In this document: in pieces, positions 1 to 9,084 of the stretch
How positions within the stretch are numbered: position 1 is the stretch's first letter
How the letters are laid out: every line of letters begins with the position of its first letter
Source of the DNA: an uncultured Campylobacter sp.
GTDB lineage: Bacteria; Campylobacterota; Campylobacteria; Campylobacterales; Campylobacteraceae
Direction: 5' to 3'
Length of the DNA: 64,000 nucleotides
NCBI RefSeq assembly: GCF_938045345.1
Contig: NZ_CALIMS010000053.1
Coordinates: forward strand, 1,099 to 65,098
Made by a program: the position numbers and the translations under genes
Notes under the pieces: generated by a model
Database searches by the model: none
What the model was told of the DNA's origin: nothing
The model's input: only the letters and a program-made list of their open reading frames with translations

Positions 1-403
1 AGATTGACTAAAGATATTTGTTTTTAACAGTTAAAATTTTAAAAAACACGTTCGCTAAAAGGCTAAAACTACTAGGACTTAAGAGTTAAGGAAGCAGGTT
101 TGGCTCGGTGCGAAACAGAATTGTGATTATACAAGAGCGATGCTTAAAGGGGGCTGAATAAAAAGGAATTTTAAAAAACGATTTGGAAAATTTTAAATTT
201 TATAATGAAATTTTATACTTAACGCGCCTGAGACAAATTTCATCTCCAGCCTCCGTAAAAATTTTATAAATTTCGCAAACGACCGGATCCAAACTAAAAT
301 TTTATTATACCGCGATATGCCGCAGTATCGCGACTGCCAACCGCACCCATTCGCCCAAAAACCCGCCTACAAAACGCTTAAGCGCACGATTATAAGATTT
401 CGC

Positions 404-409
404 TATAAT
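404..409 (+). promoter_or_regulatory. candidate sigma70 -10 box (TATAAT) for the 441..965 gene
   Basis: TATAAT lies 32 nt upstream of the ATG at 441. An AAGGA ribosome-binding site sits at 431-435. Confidence 0.35.
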
Positions 410-440
410 CACGTCCGATTTAAAATTTAAAAGGACCTTT

Positions 441-965
441 ATGCGCGCAATTTTTTCTATCTATATCTTCATCATCGCAGCCCTTATCGGCATTGAGCTC
501 TCGCTCGGCGCACTCGTCGCACCCGTGGTGTTTTTCCCGCAGCAGATTATCGGAGAGGGCGTGCTATCGCACTTCCAAAGTGGCAAACTAATGAGCGAGA
601 TCTTCGTAAAATACGGCGGCATCCTCATCGCAGTCTCGGTCATCTGCCTCGTTTTTGAGATGATAAATTTCAACAACAATAAATCGCAATCCTTTCGCTT
701 GCGCCTTTCGACTCTGATGCTGGCGCTCATAAATATCATACTTGCCCTACTTTTCGTGCTTTACTTTACCGACTATGTCATAAGCGCCCAAAAGATCGGT
801 GCAGAAGCGACGATGACGCCGGAATTTGCCCAAATCCACGCGGCTAGCGAGTGGTGCATGAAACTCATCATCGTGTTTCAAACGGTGCTGTTTTTCGCAA
901 AAATCCTCCCCGCCCTGGCTGCTAGAGATGTCGCGGCGGCGAAAGACGCGCGGAATGAAGATTAG
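441..965 (+). CDS. integral membrane protein, DUF4149-like, about 4 TM helices
   Basis: 174-aa ORF with four long hydrophobic segments, an RBS and a -10 box upstream. Its end overlaps the thioesterase gene start. The family name is from memory only. Confidence 0.55.
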   Translation: MRAIFSIYIFIIAALIGIELSLGALVAPVVFFPQQIIGEGVLSHFQSGKLMSEIFVKYGGILIAVSVICLVFEMINFNNNKSQSFRLRLSTLMLALINIILALLFVLYFTDYVISAQKIGAEATMTPEFAQIHAASEWCMKLIIVFQTVLFFAKILPALAARDVAAAKDARNED

Positions 966-1350
966 AATTTACTACGAAGATACCGACGCGCAGGGCATCG
1001 TGTATCACGCCAACTACATAAAATTTTGCGAGCGGGCGCGCAGCGAGGCGCTTATGCAGGCAGGAGTGGACTTCGCGCGCGCGGACGCACACTTCGTAGT
1101 TAGCGAGCTTTGCGCCAAATTTCTGCGCCCCGCGCGCCTCGGAGACACGCTTGAAATTCGCACGAGCCTAGCCGCGCTCAAAAACGCCAGTGCCCTTTTG
1201 CGACAAGAAATTTACAAGATCAAAGATATTAAAAACGCGGATTTTAACGAGCTTTTATACGCGCAGGACGTAAAAATCGCCTTCGTAAAAGACGGCAGAC
1301 CGATCAAATTTAGCGCCGAAATTTTAGAATTTTTCAAATCTTTGAGATAA
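955..1350 (+). CDS. ybgC: YbgC/FadM-family acyl-CoA thioesterase (hot-dog fold)
   Basis: IRIYYEDTDAQGIVYHANYIKFCERAR matches the 4HBT/YbgC N-terminal motif with the catalytic Asp. The ORF opens at 928, but the ATG at 955 (MKIRIYYED) fits the family start better. Confidence 0.75.
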   Translation: MKIRIYYEDTDAQGIVYHANYIKFCERARSEALMQAGVDFARADAHFVVSELCAKFLRPARLGDTLEIRTSLAALKNASALLRQEIYKIKDIKNADFNELLYAQDVKIAFVKDGRPIKFSAEILEFFKSLR

Positions 1351-1834
1351 ATTTATTTCGCGGGTTCAAATTTACCTAGTCGTATGCGGCACAAACATAT
1401 CGCAGACCGACCTTAGGCGTAAAATCTAAGAATGCGCAGAGCTCTTAGGCAAAATAAAATTTGCAGGCTAGATAAAATTTTACGACATAGAATTTCGCTC
1501 AGCATTGAGGCTCAAATTTAACGCTACGTCGCGACACAAATCCCTTACGCACCCCGAGATAGCCAGATAGAAAACAAAATTTGAAATATCAGAATTTTGC
1601 AATGGCGTTAAATTTTGCCCTACTCCGCCGCTTTATGAAATTTTATCGCTCTTAAATTTAAACCCACGCAGATCGAGTCTGTGTTTTACTCCGCTAAAAT
1701 CCCGCTCGTCCGTGAAATTTAAGCAGGTTAAATTCGCCCCGTCCGCTCGCCCGCCGTAACAAAAATCACGATGCGCGTGCAAAAAGCTACGCGCAAAATC
1801 AAAACGGCGCGCAGAGCAAGCGCCAAAATACGCC

Positions 1835-2491
1835 TCACAGCAGCTCTTTTATCTTCTGCAGATCCTCTTTGAAAAGCTCCGCCTTGCTCGGATTTTGCGC
1901 GATGAATGCAGGATCGAAGCTCGGCACGAAGCTGATGCCGCCCTCATTAAAGACCGAGCCGTGCAGCGCGTCCATGCCCGCTAGATCGCCGTTTCGCAGC
2001 ACGATTTTGCAGCAGAGCTCCCCTAGGCAGAGCACGACTTTGGGTTTTAAAATTTTGATCTCGTCGGTCAGATACGGCGCGCATTTTAAGATCATTTCCG
2101 AGCTTACGCGCCTATTTTGCGGCACCGCGCACCTTATCAGAAAGCTAAAATAAATTTCTTCCGGCGCGCAAATTTGATCTAGCGCCGCTTCAATCTCAGC
2201 CTCCAAGCCGCCGCCAAAACCCTCGCTAACGCCAGGCGCAAGAGCCACGATCATAAGTTTTACGCTCGCGGGAGTTTTGAAATTTTTGATAGTTTTGAAA
2301 TTTTTAAAATTTTGCTCGCTAGAGCTCGTGCGCGTTTTGGCAAGCTCGCAGAGATTACACTCGGCGGTAGCGGATTTTAGCGTATCCAGCGCTTTGAAAA
2401 ATCGCGCGCCGCCGCTTAAAATTTCGGCGCCTACGTAGCGGTAGCCGAACGCTTTGTAATAAAGCAGTCTGCGTAGTTGCGAGCTTTGCAC
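1835..2491 (-). CDS. uracil-DNA glycosylase family 4-like protein
   Basis: It has the CxxCxL...R segment, ALAPGVSEG (GEAPG-like), FLIRCAVPQNRRVSS and a C-terminal VPSFDPAF (HPS-like) motif. It also carries a short NFKNFKTIKNFK insert. Confidence 0.65.
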   Translation of the reverse strand: MQSSQLRRLLYYKAFGYRYVGAEILSGGARFFKALDTLKSATAECNLCELAKTRTSSSEQNFKNFKTIKNFKTPASVKLMIVALAPGVSEGFGGGLEAEIEAALDQICAPEEIYFSFLIRCAVPQNRRVSSEMILKCAPYLTDEIKILKPKVVLCLGELCCKIVLRNGDLAGMDALHGSVFNEGGISFVPSFDPAFIAQNPSKAELFKEDLQKIKELL

Positions 2492-2498
2492 GGCGCGC

Positions 2499-3302
2499 CT
2501 ACGATCTGTTTAAATTTCGCGCGACGAATCCGCGATCAAACTGCACCAAATCTTTGTAAAATTCCGCCCTAAAGCCCTGCTCGCGCAAAAACGCCGACAA
2601 GCTCTGCTTTTGATCGTAGCCCATCTCGCAGGCTAGAAATTTTGCGCGCCGTGCGGCGATCAGCACGATGCGTTTTAAAATTTCATCCCCCCGCTCGCCG
2701 CCAAACAGCGCCTGTTTCGGCTCTTGCAGCACGCGCGCGTCTAATTCGTAGGAGTTTGCGATGTATGGAGGATTTGAGACGATGAGATCAAACTCGCCCG
2801 CGATCTCATCCGCGTAGGCGCAGTGCACAAACTCGACGTCGGCGCCCAAATTTGCGGCGTTTGCTCGCGCCACCTCAAGTGCATCCGCACTGATGTCGCT
2901 AGCCGTGATGCGGCAAGCGGGAAGTAGCTTTTTTAAGCAGATAGCGATTATGCCGCTGCCCGTACCGATCTCGCAAATGCGCGGCTCGCCCAAGCTCTGC
3001 GCCAAAGCAAGCGTCTTTTTTACCAAAATTTCGGTCTCGCAGCGCGGTATCAGCACCCGCTCGTCGACGTAAAATTTAAAGCCCATAAACTCGCAGCTTT
3101 GCGTGATGTATTCAAGCGGGCGACCGTCTTTGAACTCGGCTATCTTGGCGCGAAATTCCGCTTCATGCGCGAGCTCTTCCGAGCATCTTAGCACGAGCTG
3201 CTCACCTTCAAGGCGCTCACAAAGCTTTAAAATTTCGCGCGCGACGTATTTTGAGCCGCACTGCTCCAGTCCCCATCTTAACGCTTCAGCGATCCTCATC
3301 AA
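2499..3302 (-). CDS. prmC: peptide chain release factor N5-glutamine methyltransferase
   Basis: SAM-binding EIGTGSG and the catalytic IVSNPPYI (NPPY) motif are present. At 267 aa the size is typical of HemK/PrmC. Confidence 0.85.
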   Translation of the reverse strand: MMRIAEALRWGLEQCGSKYVAREILKLCERLEGEQLVLRCSEELAHEAEFRAKIAEFKDGRPLEYITQSCEFMGFKFYVDERVLIPRCETEILVKKTLALAQSLGEPRICEIGTGSGIIAICLKKLLPACRITASDISADALEVARANAANLGADVEFVHCAYADEIAGEFDLIVSNPPYIANSYELDARVLQEPKQALFGGERGDEILKRIVLIAARRAKFLACEMGYDQKQSLSAFLREQGFRAEFYKDLVQFDRGFVARNLNRS

Positions 3303-4494
3303 GCTCTCTTATACGCTCATACAGGCTCGGGTGCGAATGATACACTGCGGCGTAAATTTTATGAGCGAGCGGAAACGCCTTGTTTTCGCTGCCCAGCTTC
3401 TTTAGCGCGCCGATCATGCTCTCTTTATCCTGCACGCTCGCGCCATGTCGGTCCGCGCTAAATTCGTGCATGCGGCTAAGCTTGGAGATTACGGGCTCAA
3501 AAAACGCATGCAGAATCGGCGCAAACAAAATCATAAAAACCAGCGTCGCACCGCCGTCCGCGTTAAGTCCTAGGGCGCCGAACACGCCTGCGGGGAGGTT
3601 TCCGAATACCGCGAACGTCGCGCCCAAAAGCACGAAGCTAAGCGCTAAATTTTTCAAAACATCGCCGTGTTTGAAATGCCCGAGCTCGTGCCCTAAAACG
3701 GCTAAAATTTCATCCCCGCTCAGCTTTTCGATGAGCGTGTCGAAAAGCACGACCTTTTTCGTCGCGCCGAAGCCGCCGAAATAGGCGTTTAGGCGCTTGT
3801 CGCGCTTGCTCGCGTCAATCGTAAAAACACCGCTACTTTTAAAACCGCAGCGCTGCAAAAGCTCCTCTATGCGCTCTTTTAGCTCGCCTTGCTCTAGCGG
3901 CTGCATCTTATTAAACAGCGGCGCGATAACGGTCGGATAGATCAGATTTATCAGTAAAACTATGCCGAAGCTTAGCAAAAAGCCCCAGACCCACCAGTGC
4001 GCACCCAGGCTATTTACGCAAAAAACGAGCGCAGAGGCTACCGCAAAGCCAAAAATTAGCGTGAGCGCGAGTGATTTTAGCGCGTCTTTTACGAAAACGG
4101 CGGGCGTTATCGTGGAAAAGCCTAGGCGGCGATCTTTGACGAAGGTTTTGTAAATCTCAAGCGGAAGCGATATCGCGCCGCCGATGATTAAAAACGCCGT
4201 CACAAAGCAGCTCTGCGCAAAAATCCCGTCGCCCGTTAGATCATATATCGCGCGCTGTAACGCGCCAGCGCCCGCAAGTATCCAAATAAGCGCTACCGCA
4301 AAAGAAAAGCAGTGCGAAAATATATTAAATTTTAAATTTACCGCACCGACCTCGCCCGCCTTGCGATAATCCTCCTCGCTAAGCACCACCGCAGGCTCTT
4401 TTAGCTTGGCGCGGATGAAGCTTAGCTCGAGCAGATCGAGCGAAATTTTATAAATCGTGTAAAGCGCGTATAAAAAGATCAAAAACCAAACCAT
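3286..4494 (-). CDS. M48-family zinc metalloprotease (Ste24/HtpX-like), multi-TM
   Basis: HELGHFKH (HExxH) is followed by a downstream EFSAD motif. The N-terminal half has several TM helices. 402 aa. Confidence 0.8.
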   Translation of the reverse strand: MVWFLIFLYALYTIYKISLDLLELSFIRAKLKEPAVVLSEEDYRKAGEVGAVNLKFNIFSHCFSFAVALIWILAGAGALQRAIYDLTGDGIFAQSCFVTAFLIIGGAISLPLEIYKTFVKDRRLGFSTITPAVFVKDALKSLALTLIFGFAVASALVFCVNSLGAHWWVWGFLLSFGIVLLINLIYPTVIAPLFNKMQPLEQGELKERIEELLQRCGFKSSGVFTIDASKRDKRLNAYFGGFGATKKVVLFDTLIEKLSGDEILAVLGHELGHFKHGDVLKNLALSFVLLGATFAVFGNLPAGVFGALGLNADGGATLVFMILFAPILHAFFEPVISKLSRMHEFSADRHGASVQDKESMIGALKKLGSENKAFPLAHKIYAAVYHSHPSLYERIRELDEDR

Positions 4495-4499
4495 CGCGC

Positions 4500-6452
4500 C
4501 TACTTTAGGCTCTCGGCGAGCGAAAGCACTTCGTAATATTCATTTTCCATATTGTTTAACGTTCCTCTTTTTTCTTCAAGCTCTTCAAAAAGCCCCTGCA
4601 TACCGAGCTTTTGATAAATTTCAGGCGTCGAGAGCGCGTGATTTAGCTCCTTTATGCGCGCTTCGATAGCCTCGATTTTAGCGGGGTACTCTTCTAAAAT
4701 TTTATTCTGTTTGTAGCTAAGCTTCGCGGCGCTCGTCTTTTCCTTTTTGTTTTCGCGGCCGCCTTCTTCAGCGCTCGCGCTCGTGCCAGCGTCGGCCTCG
4801 ATCTGATCGATCTCCGCCATCTCGTCTTCAAACTCCAAATACTGCGAATAGGGCATTTGAATTTGATCGATGACGCCGTTTTTTTCAAAAACCCAAAGCT
4901 TATTCGTGATCTTATCGATGAAATAGCGATCGTGGCTTACGATGATTACCGCGCCTTCGAAGCTTAGCAGATAGTCCTCTAAAATATTGATCGTCGCGAT
5001 ATCAAGATCGTTCGTCGGCTCGTCCAAAATCAAGCAATCGTACTGCTCGGTAAAGAGCTTGGCAAGCGCCAGACGGTTCTTTTCGCCGCCGCTAAGAACG
5101 CCCACGGGCTTATCCAAAAACTCCTTCGGAAATAAGAAATTTTTCAAATACCCGTATACGTGCATGTAGCTGCCGCGGACGCTTATGTGATCGCCACCGT
5201 TGGGGCAGAAAATTTCGATTATGCTTTTATCGTCCGTGATGCCGCTGCGGGTCTGATCGAAGTAGCCGATCCTGATCTCGCCGCGTTTGATCTCGCCCGC
5301 ATCGATCTTGCTGCGGCCAAGTAGAATTTTAAGCAGAGTGCTTTTGCCCGCGCCGTTGGCGCCTACGATACCGATGCGCTCGCCCTGCAAAACTCGCGCC
5401 GAAAAGCCCTTAAAAAGCACCTTGCCGTTTAAAATTTTACCGATATTCGTGCATTCAAAAAGCATCTTTTTGCGATTGTCGCCGCCCGTGCCGTTAAAGC
5501 TCCTGCTCGCGCGCTCCAGCTCGAGCCGCACGCGACGGATCGCGCCCGGATTTTTCTTCGCATCCTGCCTCATCTGCATGATACGCGCCTTGCGCCCTTC
5601 GTTGCGCTTTAGGCGCGCCTTTACGCCGCGGTGCAGCCACTCTTCCTCGGCGCGCAGCTGTTTAAGCAGCGTCTCGTGGGACTTTTCGAGCGAAGCAAGC
5701 ATCTCCTGCTTGCGCCTCAGATAGTTCTCATATCCGCCGTCGAAATTTGAAATTTTACCCTCTTCGATCTCGATACTGCGCGTCGCCAAGCGGTCGATGA
5801 AGTAGCGATCGTGGCTGATAAAAACGATCGTCTGCTTCGAGCTAAGCAGCATGTCCTCTAGGAATTTCACCATATAGACGTCGAGGTGGTTCGTGGGCTC
5901 GTCCAGCAGCAGCACGTCGGGCTTTTTAAGCACCAGCGCACCCAGCGCCACGCGACGAATTTCGCCGCCGCTAAGCGTGCATACGGAGCGGTTTTCGTAA
6001 ATTTTAAGTCCGAAATTTTGCAGCACCTGCTCGATCTTATTGTCGATCTGCCAGCCGTCCTTGGCCTCGATAAATTTAATCAATTCGTCTTGGCGCGCTA
6101 AAAGCTCCTTGTTTTCGGGCTGTGCGGCGATTTCACTTGAGATCGCGTCGTATTCGCTAAGGGCGGCGTAAATTTCAGCTAGCTCCCGCCTCAGCGCGTC
6201 TTTGACCGAGAGATTGTCTTCAAATTTAGGCGTTTGAGCGAGCATCTGGATATTTAGCCCGCTTTGAGTGATCACACGCCCCTCGTCGGTCTCGCACAGA
6301 CCCGCAATTATCTTCATCAGCGTGGACTTGCCGCCGCCGTTTTTACCGATCACGGCGACGCGCTCATTGGCGCCTAGTGCGAAATTTACGTCGTCTAAAA
6401 CGACGTGAGAGCCGAATTTTTTCGTAACATCGATAAGCTCGATCAAAGCCAA
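4500..6452 (-). CDS. ABC-F family ATPase (Uup/YheS-like, no TM domain)
   Basis: Two nucleotide-binding domains are present: GKNGGGKST / LSGGEIRR and GANGAGKST / LSGGEKNR. A charged linker and a C-terminal coiled-coil tail follow. Confidence 0.85.
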   Translation of the reverse strand: MALIELIDVTKKFGSHVVLDDVNFALGANERVAVIGKNGGGKSTLMKIIAGLCETDEGRVITQSGLNIQMLAQTPKFEDNLSVKDALRRELAEIYAALSEYDAISSEIAAQPENKELLARQDELIKFIEAKDGWQIDNKIEQVLQNFGLKIYENRSVCTLSGGEIRRVALGALVLKKPDVLLLDEPTNHLDVYMVKFLEDMLLSSKQTIVFISHDRYFIDRLATRSIEIEEGKISNFDGGYENYLRRKQEMLASLEKSHETLLKQLRAEEEWLHRGVKARLKRNEGRKARIMQMRQDAKKNPGAIRRVRLELERASRSFNGTGGDNRKKMLFECTNIGKILNGKVLFKGFSARVLQGERIGIVGANGAGKSTLLKILLGRSKIDAGEIKRGEIRIGYFDQTRSGITDDKSIIEIFCPNGGDHISVRGSYMHVYGYLKNFLFPKEFLDKPVGVLSGGEKNRLALAKLFTEQYDCLILDEPTNDLDIATINILEDYLLSFEGAVIIVSHDRYFIDKITNKLWVFEKNGVIDQIQMPYSQYLEFEDEMAEIDQIEADAGTSASAEEGGRENKKEKTSAAKLSYKQNKILEEYPAKIEAIEARIKELNHALSTPEIYQKLGMQGLFEELEEKRGTLNNMENEYYEVLSLAESLK

Positions 6453-6531
6453 TTTTAAGTTCCTCTAGTGTTAAATTCGGTGATTTTACACAAAATTCTA
6501 TTAAATTTTAATAACTTTTAAAGGTTTAGCG

Positions 6532-7625
6532 ATGCAAAATTTGGAATTTAGCGGCCTGCGCGTAGAAATTTTCGCCCCGCACGAGCCGTCTTTTGCGTCA
6601 GCCACGCGTGCGCAGCCTCTCAGATCCACGCCGGATACCCTGCCCGACACCTCTGCATCCGCGCAATTTGTCTCATCTGAGCTTCCCGCACCTCATACGT
6701 CCGCACAGGATGATCCGCCCGCCGTTTCGTTTGGTCTGTCCGCGCAAGCTACTTCACCTGAGCCTCCCGCGTCTGCAGCACCGAATACACCGCTCATTAC
6801 GTCCATTGCGCCCGTTTCGCGCTCCTCTCTCGCCGTGCCTAAGACACAAGCCATTCAACCCGCTGCGCCGTCCGTGCTAGATACTGCACCCGAATTTACG
6901 GCGACTACCGACTCGATTTCGCCCGAGTCATCGATGCCGAATATAGTGCCAGCCGCGTCCGCACAAATCGCCTCTCCCCGCTTGGGTGCCGTGCCGATCA
7001 TCTACCTGCACGCCTTGGAGTTTAGCGCGCTGGTGTGGGCGAAATTTACGAGTTCGTCTCGCGACAAAGCGGCGCGGATTTCGTGCTTACAGCGATCTAT
7101 CTAAGCGAGACGCAGTGGGGCGATAAGCTTAGCCCGTGGGCGGCAAAATCGCCGTTTAAAGGGGTGCGCGATTTCGCAGGCGGCGGCGCGGCGCACTTAG
7201 AAAAATTTACGGACGAGCTGATCCCGCGTATCGAGCGACATGTATTCGGCGCGGGAAAGCCTTCGTGGCGAGCATGCGCGGGATACTCGCTGGCGGGGCT
7301 TTTTAGCGCGTATGCGGCGTTTGCGAGCGATAAATTTCAAAAGATCGCCTGCGTCTCGGCGTCGTTTTGGTTCGACGGCTTTGATGCCTTCGTTGCCGCA
7401 CACTCGCCGCAAAGGGGGCTGGCGCACGTCTACGCATCCTTGGGCCAGGCCGAGATGAACCCGAAAAATCCGCGTGGAGCACTCTGCGGCGAGACGGCGC
7501 TAAATTTCATCGCAAAATGCCGCGGTGCGGGCGCGCAAGCGGAGTTTGAGCAAAATCCGGGCGGGCATATGCAAGATGAGATCGCAAGAATTTCAAAGGC
7601 GCTTTTAAGCCTCATAAATTCCTAA
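6532..7625 (+). pseudogene. alpha/beta-hydrolase esterase (IroE/enterochelin-esterase-like) split into two frames, with a low-complexity insert
   Basis: ORF 6532..7104 carries LEFSGLRVEIFAP ... AVPIIYLHA. ORF 7035..7625, in a different frame, carries the rest of the fold including the nucleophile elbow GYSLAG. The two frames overlap at 7035-7104. Confidence 0.5.
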
Positions 7626-7633
7626 AATTCGAG

Positions 7634-7696
7634 TAAATTTTAAAATTTAGCGGGGCGGGCAATTAAACGGCAGGCGCGACAAATAGGCGCTGCGAG
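7634..7696 (+). repeat. copy 1 of a ~63-nt direct repeat
   Basis: TAAATTTTAAAATTTAGCGGGG...GGCAGGCGCGAcAAAtAGGCGCTGCGA aligns at about 80 percent identity with 8242-8304. Confidence 0.7.
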
Positions 7697-8231
7697 AGAT
7701 TGAAACAAACGAGCCGAGAAGCGGCACGAAGCGTAAATTTAAAGCGAGCCGCCGCTAGAATTTATCGCCAGCGGTTTTTTGTGCGATGAAATGAAATTTA
7801 AAACAAACCCGCGTTGAAATTTTATAGCGTGAGCGATGCAACAAGAATGGCGCAGCGCAATTCGGCGCGAATGACACAACGCGTCGTTGGTATTTTGACA
7901 GTTTCGATAAGTGCGATATCGTTTTAGCGTAAATCATGCGACGCGGCGCCAGTGCAGCATAGGCGGCGCGATGTATGCGGATTTCAAGCAGACTGCCGCT
8001 AAATTTTTGCAGGTTGCGCTAGCGGTTTAAAACTTAAAACGAGCCGTCGTTGTAAAATTTAAAGCAAATCGTGCCGCGGCTAGGATTTAGCGCGCCTGCA
8101 AGCTAAATTTAAACGGCAGCGCGCGCCGTGTATGATCCCGCCGTTTCATTTAGTGCACCTACGAGCCAAATTTGCCGCTGAAATTTCAAAATTTGCGCTG
8201 CGCCAAAGAGTGCTTTGATATTACGATACGT

Positions 8232-8267
8232 GCCACCCCGCTAAATTTTAAAATTTAGCGGGGTGGC
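8232..8267. repeat. perfect 36-bp palindrome
   Basis: GCCACCCCGCTAAATTTT / AAAATTTAGCGGGGTGGC is an 18+18 perfect inverted repeat. It overlaps the start of direct-repeat copy 2. Confidence 0.9.
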
Positions 8268-8304
8268 CGTCAAGCGGCAGGCGCGATAAAACAGGCGCTG
8301 CGAA
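8242..8304 (+). repeat. copy 2 of a ~63-nt direct repeat
   Basis: See 7634-7696. The first 22 nt are identical, with one indel and scattered substitutions afterwards. Confidence 0.7.
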
Positions 8305-8427
8305 ATATTTTCAACAACCCTAAAATATCCGCAATAACAGAAAAAAATTCTCGCAAAATTTCCATAATAATGGCAAGAATTCCTACAAAAATTACCGCTA
8401 AAATTTCATGCAAAACCGCTGTAAAAT

Positions 8428-9051
8428 TTATCTGCGTTTGATGCCGTAGCCGTCACGATCCACGCATATAAAGCCCGTCGTAGCGCCTCCGTCGCGCGCC
8501 ATCACCACGCCGTCTGCGGCAAATCTATCATCGCAGCCGATCTCGTAGTCTTTTTTAACAACCTCGCTCGCAGGACCCTCGAAAATCTCGTAAAATTCCG
8601 ATACAAACCCATCTTTGTAATAAATAGTGGTTTTGCCCTCGCCTTCCCAGATGCTTACGCCCACGGCATTTGCGCTTTTTGTTTTGGCTTTAAGTTCATT
8701 AAAAGTCCCAAAATCCCAGCCTAGGATTTTTAAAACAGCGCGCTCGTTCGTCTTTTTGTCTATATTATAAAAACTCGCACTTTGGTTTTTATCTTTATTC
8801 ACGGCTATCATGCTTGAGACATCGTCGCCGCCAAAACGGACGTCAAAAGAAACTCCCTCGGGCTTTATCTCGCGCGCAAAATCGCGCAGGGCTAAAATTT
8901 GAACGCGATTTTGCTCGTAATTTTCCGCTAAACCGGACTCCGAAAAGAATAGTTTGTGGATTAAAAACCCCGCAGCTAGTACAAGCGCGGCGCCTGCGAG
9001 AAGCTTAAATAACCTAAAAATTTCCGAGAAAAAATATTTTATAAAATTCAC
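8428..9051 (-). CDS. hypothetical membrane-anchored protein
   Basis: 207-aa ORF with one N-terminal TM helix (LLAGAALVLAAGFLI). I recognise no family motif. Confidence 0.45.
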   Translation of the reverse strand: MNFIKYFFSEIFRLFKLLAGAALVLAAGFLIHKLFFSESGLAENYEQNRVQILALRDFAREIKPEGVSFDVRFGGDDVSSMIAVNKDKNQSASFYNIDKKTNERAVLKILGWDFGTFNELKAKTKSANAVGVSIWEGEGKTTIYYKDGFVSEFYEIFEGPASEVVKKDYEIGCDDRFAADGVVMARDGGATTGFICVDRDGYGIKRR

Positions 9052-9084
9052 GCCCGCTTCCTAAATTTCGCCGAATTTCACCAT

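Noticed and set aside
90-175. SRP RNA or tmRNA fragment (GGAAGCAG word at ~101, GGGGCTGA at ~151)
   Set aside because: These are short word matches only. The flanks cannot be folded into the long SRP hairpin or a tRNA-like acceptor/T-arm, and there is no tag-peptide reading frame.
7021-7045. Programmed -1 ribosomal frameshift in the esterase gene
   Set aside because: There is no X XXY YYZ slippery heptamer and no obvious downstream stimulatory structure at the frame junction. An indel or sequencing error is more parsimonious.
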